Assembly (NCBI GenBank): GCA_047495785.1 | Contig: JBLDXI010000036.1 | Coordinates: forward strand, 1-64,000 | From: Lepidodermella squamata | Taxonomy: Eukaryota > Animalia > Gastrotricha | Direction of reading: 5' to 3' | DNA: 64,000 nt | Shown: positions 12,420-24,451 of the stretch, piece by piece | How positions within the stretch are numbered: the stretch's first letter is position 1 | Layout: each line of letters opens with the position of its first letter | Position numbers and translations under genes: made by a program | The notes under the pieces: generated by a model | Databases searched by the model: none | Told to the model about the DNA's origin: nothing | Seen by the model: only the letters and a program-made list of their open reading frames with translations

Positions 12420-12930
12420 TCAGGCCGTCGTTGCTAACGATGCCATGGCAGAGATTAGAGCCGTTGGTCAGCCATGCAAAACTAAAAGTGGCTCCGGCTA
12501 TTACATGCTGTACAAGAATGGTAAAATATTCTGCAAATATACACAAAATGGACGTGAAGAAACCGTTTTGGACGAAGCTTCACGCGAAAAAACCCTTGGT
12601 CAGCCATGCAAAACTAAAAGTGGCTCCGGCTATTACAGGCTGTACAAGAATGGTAAAATATTCTGCAAATATACACAAAATGAACGTGAAGAAACCGTTT
12701 TGGACGAAGCTTCACGCGAAGCTGTCTTCAAGATTTAAGAAGTGAAAAGCGAAAAAGTGAGCTATTAAGATGATCGACGAGAAGAGGTTGTAGAGTAAAG
12801 TGTAAACTGCTGTCAGTCTACATAAGTAGCTCAGCTGTGAGACGTGTATGAGACGTGATTGATGAATAAAAGCTGCATGTTTGAACGTTATTGAGTCACC
12901 GGAAACCATGCAGCTGGTGTTGCAAGGCCA
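12420..12930 (+). mobile_element. Integrase N-terminal (zinc-binding-like) relic with 132-bp in-frame tandem duplication
   Basis: Repeat copies 12464-12588 and 12596-12720; downstream SCETCMRR..KAACLNVIESPETMQLV with many stops resembles the end of a Gypsy/Ginger integrase zinc-binding region. Confidence 0.5.
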
Positions 12931-13009
12931 TTTCTTCAGTTTATTAGCGGATTGCACATCAAATGAGTCACGGCAACAATCGATAGACCAATCGAATGGA
13001 GGGAGTCAG

Positions 13010-13436
13010 CTCATACTCTCATACTCATACTCTTTATTTATGCAAGTTGCCTTTCGACATTTAGCATTTGGTATCAGACATCATCACAAGGCTTATGAGT
13101 CAACCATTCCCATGGTTGATGGTCGAACCATGGTCCCCAGGCTTTTGCATGCTGAGTAGCCATATCTTGATTGCCGGTGAATGGCGTCCTACACCGGGAG
13201 GGAGGAAACCGCGGTCTCGGGTGGATTTGCTTGGCGGTGTTACCAGCAGGTACGCACTCGAGGATTGTGCCCTTGGCTCCGTAGTCGGCGACACGTCTTC
13301 CTGTCAGCTTGATTTACGGTCCCAGAAACGCCGCATTCAATGCGTAGAAGAATGATTGGTGTTGCGGTTCTGGGGATTGAACCCGTGCCTCTTCGCCGCC
13401 AGTGAGGTGCTTGGACCGCTCGACCACTAGCTCCCC
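13010..13436 (-). mobile_element. tRNA-derived SINE
   Basis: Minus-strand head with A box TGGTCGAGCGG and B box GGTTCAATCCC; 3' end AAATAAA plus (GAGTAT)n tail. Confidence 0.7.
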
Positions 13437-13559
13437 CTAAGAGCTAAGAGGAGCTAAGCTAAGAGGAGCTAAGAGAGCACTAGCTAAGAGGAAGTCAAAA
13501 ACAAGGCAACGTTGCGCTTGATCCCCTTTGATTACCGTTCGCCCTTTCGCAACTGAGAG

Positions 13560-13902
13560 CCTTCATTTTACTTTTCATGTATGCTATTTCACGTGGGCAT
13601 ACCGAACGTGTACCGAACTTCGAGGCCGGCGTTGGTCGGCCCGACTACGACGCCAGTGTTGAGGGAGGACCTCGTACCTCGACGCTATCCTGGGCCACGA
13701 CACACCTTGATCCCTTTGTCCTCTTCTAGAGCATACATCCCGTATCTCTAGCCCTAGAGAGCCCCGAGCGATTGTTTCAAATTGCACTCAAGTAGCAATT
13801 TTTTACTCACCAGTTGATTGCTAAACCACCGTCGGGCGACGTCAGAACCCACGACCTCATGAACATAGGCTACCTTCCTTATCCACTAGGCTAGTGCTCC
13901 GC
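13560..13902 (-). mobile_element. Second, different tRNA-derived SINE
   Basis: Minus-strand A box TAGCCTAGTGG, degenerate B box GGTTCTGAC, GC-rich body, A-rich end. Confidence 0.5.
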
Positions 13903-14479
13903 AGTCCTTTCCTGTACCCGCTAATTGCTAATAACAGCAATAAAATTGCTAATAAAAAGTGTGGCAAACCATTTGTATTGTTTCGATTATGATCTAAATT
14001 TAATATTTCAAATTGTTGAAAAATAGGAAGAACGTTGAATATGTAGATAGCTTCTCTTTCAATCTGGCTGTTTATTCAGCTGCTACGTCAATTGTCGATT
14101 TTCATTCGCTATGAATGCAAAATGCTATGGAGTAAAGGGTAAAGCCTGGCAAGTTAAGGTAGGGGGTGCGAGCGATCTTAGATCATGGAGCTGCCCGGGC
14201 TGGAAACATTATTTGTGCTGTATTTGCGAAAATGACTAGAAATTTCAGCTAAAAACGTGCGAAATATTGAAGATTCGCCACTAAAACACGAAATAGCGGG
14301 CTAAATTTGCAACCTTTTGTCAGAGCTGAGGGGATGAAAACCAACCCCTCTAAAAGTCGCACACTGCTCATCATATTATTGGTGCAAGATGCTTCTTTTT
14401 CTCTCGTCTCCCGATCTCACATCACAGCTACATAATTTTTACGTGAATCTCAAGTTTTGAGAAGCGAGTGGCGCGCTCT

Positions 14480-15542
14480 CAGGGTGCGAAGTACAGGGGT
14501 GCTGGGGTGTCGCGGCACCCCAGCTCGGTCTGGCGGGAGTAAATTTCAAAAATTAGTTGGAGTTGTAAAAGTAGTTTGCTTCCATTGTGAGGACAATGGA
14601 TGCTGCGTTTCCGGCTATTCCTGACACTCAATCTTCAAAAATATAGTCATCAAAAGCTCGCTACGCTCGCATTCGGGTAAAGGTTGTATTGGGGATTTTA
14701 CAACGGTGGCTAATTCAAGGTTCGACTATCGACCCTAATGGTAATTGTTATAGGAACCATATGTTTTAGAGCAGTGCTCCGGATTATCTCATTGCCTTGC
14801 CGTTTTTATGAGATTTCAGACCCTCCTTCAGGGTAAACTTTCAAAAAAATTCTCGCTCCGCTCGTATGTATGGCCGAAATTACTGGTAATGTTGAGATTA
14901 AGCACTTTATTCTCAATCCTGTCAGTTCCAGCATTGCCTATTAGCGTCTTGAGTTGATTGTTACCGAAATGTTATTTGTCGAAGACAAGATCTTACATCT
15001 TACATCTTACTAATTTTTTTGATTTCGAGCTTGTAAGATAGTAGATAATTCCGTGACTTGCCAGCAGCCAAAATGGCCGGCAGTAAAAAAGTTTGCGGAG
15101 CACTGTTTCAGAAATCCAGCATTGTTAATGGATCAGGCGCAATCCATGACTAAGACCATTGTTGCGTCTAACCGGCATTTCGATTATGACGTTTCCAAAA
15201 GCTGCAAATTTGACATTTTTCTTAGTTTCGAGAATTTGAGGCGTGGCGTAAATAAAGGACCCTTATTTTAGCTAAATAAGAATGTGACAATGGGAAAGAA
15301 ACGCAGCGGACGAAAAGGTAAGTCTGTAAAAATAGTCATTTTAGGAGGGTTTGAAACCCTTTTTTACCGAAAAAATCGTAAAATTTCTCGCTTCGCTCGT
15401 TTCAGAGGTTAATAGTACAGCTAATTTTCCCCCTTGTCGAGTTAATGTTATTGATTTCGCGAGTGAGCGTAGCGAGCGAGCGCAATTTTTGTGGAGCTTA
15501 ACATAGGAACACACCAGCTCGAAAATCCTACTTCGCAAACTG
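14480..15542. mobile_element. Non-autonomous hAT element (long member of the CAG..TGCGAAGTA family)
   Basis: TIRs CAGGGTGCGAAGTAC / CTACTTCGCAAACTG; perfect 8-bp TSD CGCGCTCT. Confidence 0.9.
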
Positions 15543-15836
15543 CGCGCTCTCAACGGGCGCGCAAAATCTAAGTTGCGCGTGAAACGTTTTTGGTTTACTT
15601 TTTTCTTTTTTCGGGCGAGAACCCCATAGTCAATCGATAGAGAATTGTTTGAATTATTTTTTAGTATAAAAACCGCCGATATATTCAAAAGTAACCCTTA
15701 GCATCTTTGCGCGCGGTAAAAAATTTGTTAAAAATCAGAACTTGGTACACGCGCATCAGTTTCATTGATTTTTAACATATTTAATACCGCGCAGTGAGAG
15801 AAGTAGCGGGGAGACTGGGAGTACGGCACTCCCAGT

Positions 15837-16001
15837 CAGTGTGCGAAGTAGGATCCGGGAGCTGAGGTGTTTTCTACTTGTTTTCTGGGACCCAGCCGAA
15901 GAAACCAAAGGGTCCCCCTGTGGTTTGTTCAGCCTTTCTCTGGTTTGGGTCTCGGAGCTGGGGTGTCACGACACCCCATCACCCAGGTACTTCGCACCCT
16001 G
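15837..16001. mobile_element. hAT MITE nested in another element
   Basis: TIRs CAGTGTGCGAAGTAG / GTACTTCGCACCCTG; 8-bp TSD CTCCCAGT; empty site visible at ~8740. Confidence 0.92.
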
Positions 16002-16095
16002 CTCCCAGTTCGACCGTCCGGGAGAATGACAATAGTCTCAGAGTACTAGTACAAGTTACTCGAGATTTTGCGGCAAGGCTCATTCTTGGATTGGA

Positions 16096-16882
16096 AATGG
16101 GCAAAAATGAATTCCCGTTTCAATTTAGCATCAATGGTGTGGACCTGCAAGTTGTCAACTCAGTGAAAGATCTCGGTGTTACTATCGATTCAAAGCTATC
16201 TTTTTCAGATCATTGTCAGTCTCTCGCAGCGAAATGTAATCGTATTAATGGAATGATAGCCAAATCATTTTCGTCTAAGGCCCTCCGATTTAGAGCGTAT
16301 AAAACATACACATTATCTCGTTTGGACTTCTGCCCAGCCGTGTACTCGCCTTTTTCATTACAGGATATTGATGACCTTGAATCGGTACAAAAGCGGTTCA
16401 CAAAAAGACTACTCTATCGAAGCTCGTATCACGAAACGGTCGAGGGTGCATCTTATGAGGAACGTCTACAGAAATTGGGCTTAACGACGCTAGAGGTTCG
16501 CCGCTTCCAACATGACCTCATTCTAATGCATAAAATGTATCAGGGTTGTATTGATATAAATTTCTCTGACTTTTTTATAATCTCCAGAAACTCTCGCCTT
16601 CCTCCTCATTCTGTGACGATGAAAGCGGTTAGAAATAACCTGAACTATAAATTTAGCTTTTCCAGGCGCGTGCGTGCTGCGTGGAACCGTCTGCCGTCTT
16701 GCGTGGTTAACAACTCTCACAGTGCTTTTTGCAAACATATAAAATTTAATTCGCCTTCATTGGTAAACTACGTGACTTCTGTGGTGAGGCGCCAAGAAAC
16801 AACTTTCTGCTAAACTAAACTTAACTATTTGCTAACTGTTGAAAAACAATTTGCAATAAAAAATGAGAATGAATGAGAATGA
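16096..16882 (+). mobile_element. 5'-truncated CR1-type LINE
   Basis: VKDLGVTIDSKLSF..LESVQKRFTKR..SYEERLQKLGL..AWNRLP* C-terminal motifs, AATAAA, (AATGAG/AATG)n tail; inserted at TTGGA^GATCAT (empty site ~8835). Confidence 0.9.
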
Positions 16883-19467
16883 GATCATTTTCCTGACCAT
16901 TCTTAGCTGATTTAGGTGCTGGAAACCCAATTTTTTTGGCTCGCCTACAACCCTCTTTCTCAGTTTTTAGTTTTGTCAGTGGTTACCAAGTTGTAAGTTG
17001 GGCTGGCCGAGTTTGTTTAAATGTTTCGTTCGAGCATACGCCTTCTAAAACTGTTAGAATGAGGTTGTGAGGAAGTACGCGAGGATAGAGAATTATGAGT
17101 CGTTATTAATTGTTAGCCTCTTCCAGGTAGAAAATTCACAAAAATATCGACAACTTAAGCTCGCTTCGCTCGCAGGTGACTAAACGCCGTATAGTTTCAG
17201 CTCAGCTGTCATTTTTTGGACTATGTGCTGAGGGAATGACCGAGGTATCCCCATGCTTTATCGACTGCTTACTCATGAGAAAATGAATAATTCTCAGAGC
17301 GTTAGTGTCGCATAATGCCTTCTTGTTTATGCCGTTGAACGCCGGACTTAAAATTGTTCTCAAATTGTATTCGCTCCCGGCTAAAATAGCGGCCGGCTGG
17401 CGCATTGCCACTCGTGACATAATATGACCGCTTTCAATTAAAACAGAAATGAAAATAAAAATAAAAATTGGCGCACAGGCTTACGCAGGGTGTGATCTTG
17501 GATCCTGGAGCCGCCAGGGGTGGAAAAATCTGTTTGCTGAATATTCCGAAATGAATCGTGATTTCGATGAGAGCAAAGCGCTGGCATTTTGACTGCAACA
17601 CCGTCCGAATCCTCTTGAAAAGTGATATTCGACAATATTCGATGAAATTTTCAAACTATTTCTGTTTTTGATAGCGATCAATTGCGACTACTTAATGTAA
17701 AATTGAGTGCGTGAAAAAATTAATCAACAATCCGCAAAAATCTCAGAAATACAAAGAAATACAAGTGTTACAATTTAATGATGTAAATAGTAAATAGTGA
17801 ATGATGTTTTACGAGACGCTCGAACAACGGCTGTGACTGATGAACCGCTACTGGAGCAGGCCCGAACCTGTAGAAATTAATCGAACACTAAAATGCCTTG
17901 TTAATTATTCATCGATACCGTTACGAATTGTTGACCGGCCCGTTAAGACTGGTTCGACTGCAAAATCGATTCGCAGGACAAACCTTCAAAAGTTGCGGGT
18001 AAATTAAAGAAAATGGAATTAATTTCAAAATTACCTTGAAAATTCGATAAATATCTGACTTGTCCAAATTGCATGGTCGACACACCTGGTAGCAAGGCAA
18101 GGATGAAGCTCAGAATGCGAAATTGAGGCCGGACGAAAAATGCATACTAGATAGGACAATGATGTTTGATGTCATTGATGTTTTGGAATTAAAAACAAAA
18201 ATAAGATGATTTGAATGAACCAAAAAGCCACATTTTTGAAGCATGGCGTGATTACGCAACACCCCGAGGCCTGTGTGCACAACAATCGAGCGCCCCAATA
18301 ACAAGGATTTTGCCCTATTTCAGCTTTTATTTAGAACGACAATTTTCAGGCATTAAAAATTTGGTTTCATCAAAATTATCGAATTATCGAATTTTGCTGT
18401 CATTCTTATATTTCGGTTATTTTTTGGACGCAGGTAAACAATTAGTAAAAATTAGAGAAAATCGGGAAAAAACGAGAAATTTCATGATAAATAAAAACAG
18501 TTTGATCCGGATAGGTAGAAGGCAGTTTTTCGAGTCAGGGAATTTTCCGCAATAAAAATAGAGGTCGAGGCATATCAAATTTCGTTCAACTCTTTTCACT
18601 TCGCAGTGAAAATATAGAAAAATCGTAAGTTTTTTCAACGGCGACGAAGAAATATGTTCACCTGGCACTTAACTTCGGGTCTCGGGTGCCGAATTTCCGA
18701 ATTCCGAAGTTTCATGAAAAAACTGTGCCAATTTCGCGAAGTGACTGGTTTCCAGCTTTAATTGTCAGTTTTTTCCAAAAACTGCAGTAAGTTTCGAAAA
18801 AAGATGAAAAATGACAGTTAACGGCGTTTTTAGGCAGTTACCTGCGATTCCCACTGGAACTTCGCAGTATTTCGCAAAAAACGTGCACTTGCTGCTCAGG
18901 GCTTTCTCTGTTTGGAGTCCCGGGGCTTGGCTGTCGCGACACCCCAGCCCCCTCCTTGACTCCAGCTTCTATTGCAGATCCCAGGAGCAAATCGAATTAG
19001 CGCACACTTCCCGATTTTCTCCAAAACAAACAAATGTTTTGGTCATTTTTGTAAATCAGGGGGCTGCTATCCAATGAGTAGTAATTTTTCACCAATTTAA
19101 ACGCCAAAATAAAAAATGATACCAGCTTCACATTTCGCTGTATTTTCTCGCAGCCTGGAAAGTATATTATACCCATGCTAGGCCCATGCCTGCAGCACAG
19201 AGGCAGCAAATTTTGTTGCGTTTATGTATAGCTCGAATCAAAGTTTCAATCTTTTTTATAATTTTGGCTGCGCATCAAATGAAATGTTTATAAAATAGCT
19301 TCACTGCGATCGCGTGCTTATCACTGTTTTCGATAAACACCACCATTAACCTATTTTTTTCATAGAACCGCTCGTCGTAAACAACTCACGATATCGTTAT
19401 ATTTTAGATTTTTTTCGTAGTAATTCATTGATTTATTTCACAATAACAAAATCAAAATTTTCAAGCC

Positions 19468-22400
19468 ATGGTTAGAGTCGAACATGTTTTGATAGCTCTA
19501 GCCCTGTTCAGCCTGGGTGACTGTGTCGACTACAAGCGTTGTTTCTCTCGCATGAATGACGCCTTCACAGGCTGCAAAACGGCCTGTAACACGCTGGATG
19601 AGACACAGGTAATCAAAATTACAATAAATCCCCTGAAATAATAAAGTTTCTCATTTTTATCAGCTTGGAGCATCGCTACCATCAATGGCGTCCTGTTTAG
19701 ACGGGGTAAGGACAATTATTCAATTGCCATTCAATTTAAAAACATCGGAAAACGATTTTCAGTCGGCTCGAAGCTGTTTCAATTTCCGAACAATTACCAT
19801 GCGGTGTATTCCTCGAAACTTGGGCTGTTCATCAGCCGACGAAGTTATGGTCTGCTATAATTATTTATAGCTATTTTTTTTATAATTTTTGAATATTTCT
19901 AGACTGCTGAATTTCTGGGCAACAGCTTTGATACGCAGTACAAAAACTGCAGATCTGCAATCGCGAATTTCTTGGTTCGGTCACACCAGCATTTTAAAGA
20001 CTTTTATTCAATAACTTTTACTACTACAGACTATCCAGGCTATGCTTTGCGACAGCAGTGGCTTGAGAACCTGCATACCTTCAAACGGCCCTTGTCCTTT
20101 CAGTGGGGTGCGTATATACATTTTGAATTTGAACTGTTTTTTTCTATTATAATTTAACCACTTGAGTAACAAGAACCCCAGATAATTATCAAATTTGCCA
20201 ATAAATTTTTACAAAGATTTCTTCATGAAACTATGATGATTAAATTGAAAAAATGAAAAAATTATCCCTGATTAACAGTCCTGAAATTAATTTAATTGTA
20301 TTTATCTTTGATTTCTTTAGGCTCTTTATTCAAATCACGGGCGAATTATTTTATTTTTTAGAAAATTTATTACTAATATTCAGAGCAATTCGAGGCTTGA
20401 AAAATAGATTTCTCATGTTTCCCGAAATTAAAAAAAATCAGTGATAGTTTACATAACATTTTCCTCTTCCAACTTCAGAGGTCTGTCGGGAACTGGTCGA
20501 CCACTCAACTTTGCATGGGGCAAGAGAGAAGTACTTGAGTATAGGGACATCTATTATCTTTGCTATTGCATGTACGCAACGCAGTTATCCGAAACGATGC
20601 TGACTATTTGCCTCACAATCGATGTTTCCGTCAAAGCGACAGGACTTTTATCGGCTGCCAATCAGCGGCCTGCAATTCAACCTTCATGACTCAGGTTTGT
20701 CAAAACTCCTCAAAAGTATCCCCTTACCCTTTGATTTTGTTTTTCTATAGACATACAGTAGTGGAGCATACATCGACAGAAATCATTGCATCGCAGGCGT
20801 GAGACCATTTTTCAAGTTTCATTGCATCGATCCTCTTTAAAATATTCACAGCCTGCTGCGATTTGTTCAACATCGACCGGCTACGTCTGCCGCAACACAT
20901 GCCCATCCCCAACTACTGCGGTAATTTCAAACAATTTCGAGTGAGATTCAGAAATAATCTAGGTATTCAGGTCGCGACCTTCAGCTCCAAATCGGATTTC
21001 GCTAGCAACTACGCCGAATGTCTGTCAACAATGGTTAGTCCGATCGATCTCTAATTCACGTAAAAATGTCTTTAATGTAGAAACCTTATACAATGTGCAT
21101 CGATCAAACCACTTACACGTTAGCCAAATGTATCCCAGCTTCAAATGGATCATCCTGCCCGAACGGCACTTATGCTGGATCTACATTCAACACCTGGATA
21201 GAATGCACCTCAGGTAAATTTTCGAGAATTCGCCTCTCATTTGTTAGAATTTCGAGCTACTCGAAGCCCCTTCGTCGATGTATCCTCATCGGCGCTGTTT
21301 CGATTGGTCTAAGCCGTCATTTAATGGCTGTAAACAAGCCCCGACACCGTGCGATGGAAACGATGTGAGTACCTTAGTTTTTCATATTTGGATTTTGAGC
21401 TCATTTCTCAATGGTGATACAGACTCTCAGTTCAACCATGTACCAAAACAAAGCAGACTGCGAGAAAGGAGTAGGTTTCTCTTTTCATCATTTTGAAGAT
21501 TAATTTTCATTTTTTCATCTCGAATAGGCCATCGAGTTGTGCTACGACGCGGCGAATGGCGGCAGCTGTCGCGAATCTTGCTCGAATGGGTCTGGACTAT
21601 ACGATGTATGATTTTTGAATTGATGATGGATTTTGAATATAGCCGTTCTCGATTCACAGCTCGGGCCGATTGGTTCGCCGAGTGGCCCTTTAAGTTCCAA
21701 CCTTGCTGCTTGCCAAGCTTTGACTCAGGTAATCAACATGCGACTGGGACGATGTAAACCATTGAATCTAATTTCTCTCGATTATAGGGCAAACATGTGA
21801 AGTGTGTGAATAGTGGCTCGAAATCTTCTGTTCTATGCGTACCACTAACGCTGAATTGCATCGATGGAACGGTAAGCTTGATATTGCTTCGCATGATGAA
21901 ATCCCTCAATGATGATACTGTTCCAGACACCTTGGGCAAGCGTCCCGTCCTACGACAACTTCGAACAATGCAACATACAGTAAGTTTCAGTTTACAGACC
22001 ACTTACCACCAGGGTGCGAAGTACAGGGGTGCTGGGGTATCGCGACAGGCTGAAAAAATCACAGGGGGCCCTTTAGTTCCTTTGGGTTACTTTGGTGGGG
22101 TGCTGGAAAACACATAAGCTCCAGGATCCTACTTCGCAAACTGCTTCCCACTTTTATATAGAAAACATTGGGACATTTCAAACAAATAAATCTCGTAAGA
22201 AAAAATTAGATCGGGGTTAAAATTCGCGAAGAATTATGCGTATTACCTGTTTACTAAATCTGTAAATAAATTGAAATTGAGATTTTTTTGAAAATTGAAA
22301 TTTTTAATAAAATCATGAAAAAATTGTACGGTTGTGAAGTTTTTTTAAAATTAGAGGCATCAAAATATTGCGCGTATTTTATAACGATTGTTAAACATTT

Positions 22401-22949
22401 CCTTTTCTTAACGCGATTATCAGTTATCACAGATGCGTTGCGGCTGATGGTACAGTAACATGCCGAGCGACCAACTCTTCCGGTTGCACGAACAACACCG
22501 AGACCCGTTTCCCGCCCGCAACTTTGTACCCAACCGAATCGAGCTGTGTCAACGCAACGAAGCAGTTCTACATCGTCGACCTCGCAGGGATCTTGGGAGC
22601 CTTTGCAACAAAAGAAACTGCTCTGTCGTTCTGCGCTAACAACAACGGCCGTATTGCCATGCCGAAGACAAGTGGCGAGATGGCGCTGGCGAAACAGGCT
22701 AATGTGAACAGACCGAGTTTCTCGTCTTGGGTCGGGCTGAATCAACCTAGCGCCAACACATTCTTATGGCAAGACGGGACACGTTACTCACTGGTTAGCA
22801 GCGATTGGTTTACTCCGAGGGGCTTCTTCGCCTGCGTCCAGTTTCAGTGGGACGCTCCTAATAGCAACTTTAACGTGTACAAGTTGAAAAGCGTCCTTTG
22901 CACAACGCCAATATTCTTTGCAACCTGTGAGACGTACGTTCCTGTTTGA
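19468..22949 (+). CDS. Gene A: secreted 4-Cys-repeat protein (10 modules) with one C-terminal CTLD; ~18 exons
   Basis: Exon 1 19468-19608 MVRVEHVLIALALFSLGDCVDYKRCFSRMNDAFTGCKTAC...; micro-exons join in frame by GT-AG; last exon YHRCVAADG...WVGL..WQDGT..CVQF..C..CETYVPV*. Confidence 0.85.
22010..22143. mobile_element. hAT MITE in last intron of gene A
   Basis: Family TIRs; TSD CTTACCAC / CTTCCCAC (7 of 8 match). Confidence 0.85.
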
Positions 22950-24451
22950 GTCGAACGTGTTCTTTGCTTCTTGTATTGCTTGGATAAACACATTATTAAT
23001 GTATTCAATGTGTGCTCATTTCAATCCCGACTGATGATTTCGATGATTTGATTCTTCATTTTTCTGTGGTTTGATTCATAGTTTAAGATGAATAAAAAAT
23101 GGCTCAAGTTTCGTAAATTCGGGGTAATTAATTTTTAATGGCGTTTTACCCAGTTGAATGTGAGATCTGAGAGGCGATACCGTGCGATAGACGTCAGCTG
23201 AATTCAAACTTGTTTGAGGTTTGAGCCCGGTATAAGGCAGTGGTTCTCAAATTCATTATGAAGTTATGACTTTCAGGGGGCTTTTCAGAAGTTTTGTAGA
23301 GTATTTTGTTTGAATGTCTTCAAAATATCCTCGCTGCGCTCGTTTCCGATTTAAATCACCAGTCATTTAGCAAATACTGCCAAAATGATTTTTTTCATCC
23401 CTCCCAGCTCCAGGATTCAAAATAGCACCATGGCATTATGCAATTTTGTAGCGTCTTTGAGCTTGACAAACGATGGAAAATCAATTCATCCAACTAATCG
23501 TCTTAAACAAAACACTGCCCAATCTTAACTGTAACCGAGCGATTTTTAATGGAATATTTTCTGAACATTTTTCCATAAAAAAATATCATCCGAGGTGGTC
23601 GAGTAGCCCATAGTTCGATAATCCTATTTCGCACAATGATTCGTTTTTATTTGGGTCCAAATTTGAATTCAACATAACATCATCAGCGTTTGTCGTTATT
23701 TTTCCTTATCTATTGAAATCATTTGTCTGCAGCATCATAGATGGCAAGAAAATAACAGCTGAATCATTTTCAGCATTATCTTTCAGTTTCATGATTGATT
23801 GTTCGTAATTGATGAAGCACAGTGCAACAGAAAATAGAATATTTTGAAGCCTACTCAGCCTCGTATACCCCTTCACAGTAAGGGACTCCATCGACAATTC
23901 GACATCTGAAAAATATGACACACATTTATTTCTAATAGCCTCATAATTAGAAGTAGTTTATCTCATTTAAGAATGCAGGATATTCATGAAATTTTCTTGA
24001 ATTGAATTAGTTCGATGGTTTCATGTTACTTCATTGGTTCACAAGTAAAAAACCCCGATGAAACATGAATTTAGGGGACAAAATCTAGCCTTAAAAGTAC
24101 TTTTGCGACCCAAAAATCACGTGGCGCCGAAATTCCGCATCAAGAAAAATCTGAATATGACAACTTGTCGTTCCTGCAGCCTACGATCTATTTCCGCGAG
24201 TTTCTGAAGCATTATTGGGATTTTAATATATTATAATTATATGGCAACATCTGCGGTCCCCCTGTTGAGATTTTCTACAAGTTTTCAAGGTTTGCATGCA
24301 GTAGATAAGAAGTTTCGAGTCCATCTAATATTAGTCCCAAGGCACTCTTAGGGTGTACCTATCAAATCGCAGGCACTGTGGGTGCAAATAACGCACTCGT
24401 GGTTCTAACTATATATTATAAAAATTGTAAATAATCGTAAAAATAAACTCA

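Noticed and set aside
13355-13902. tRNA genes
   Set aside because: A/B boxes are present but I could not fold a complete cloverleaf, and each continues into a long body with a simple tail; SINE heads.
15878-16813. 311-aa protein-coding gene
   Set aside because: Chance fusion of MITE, host element and LINE 3' end.
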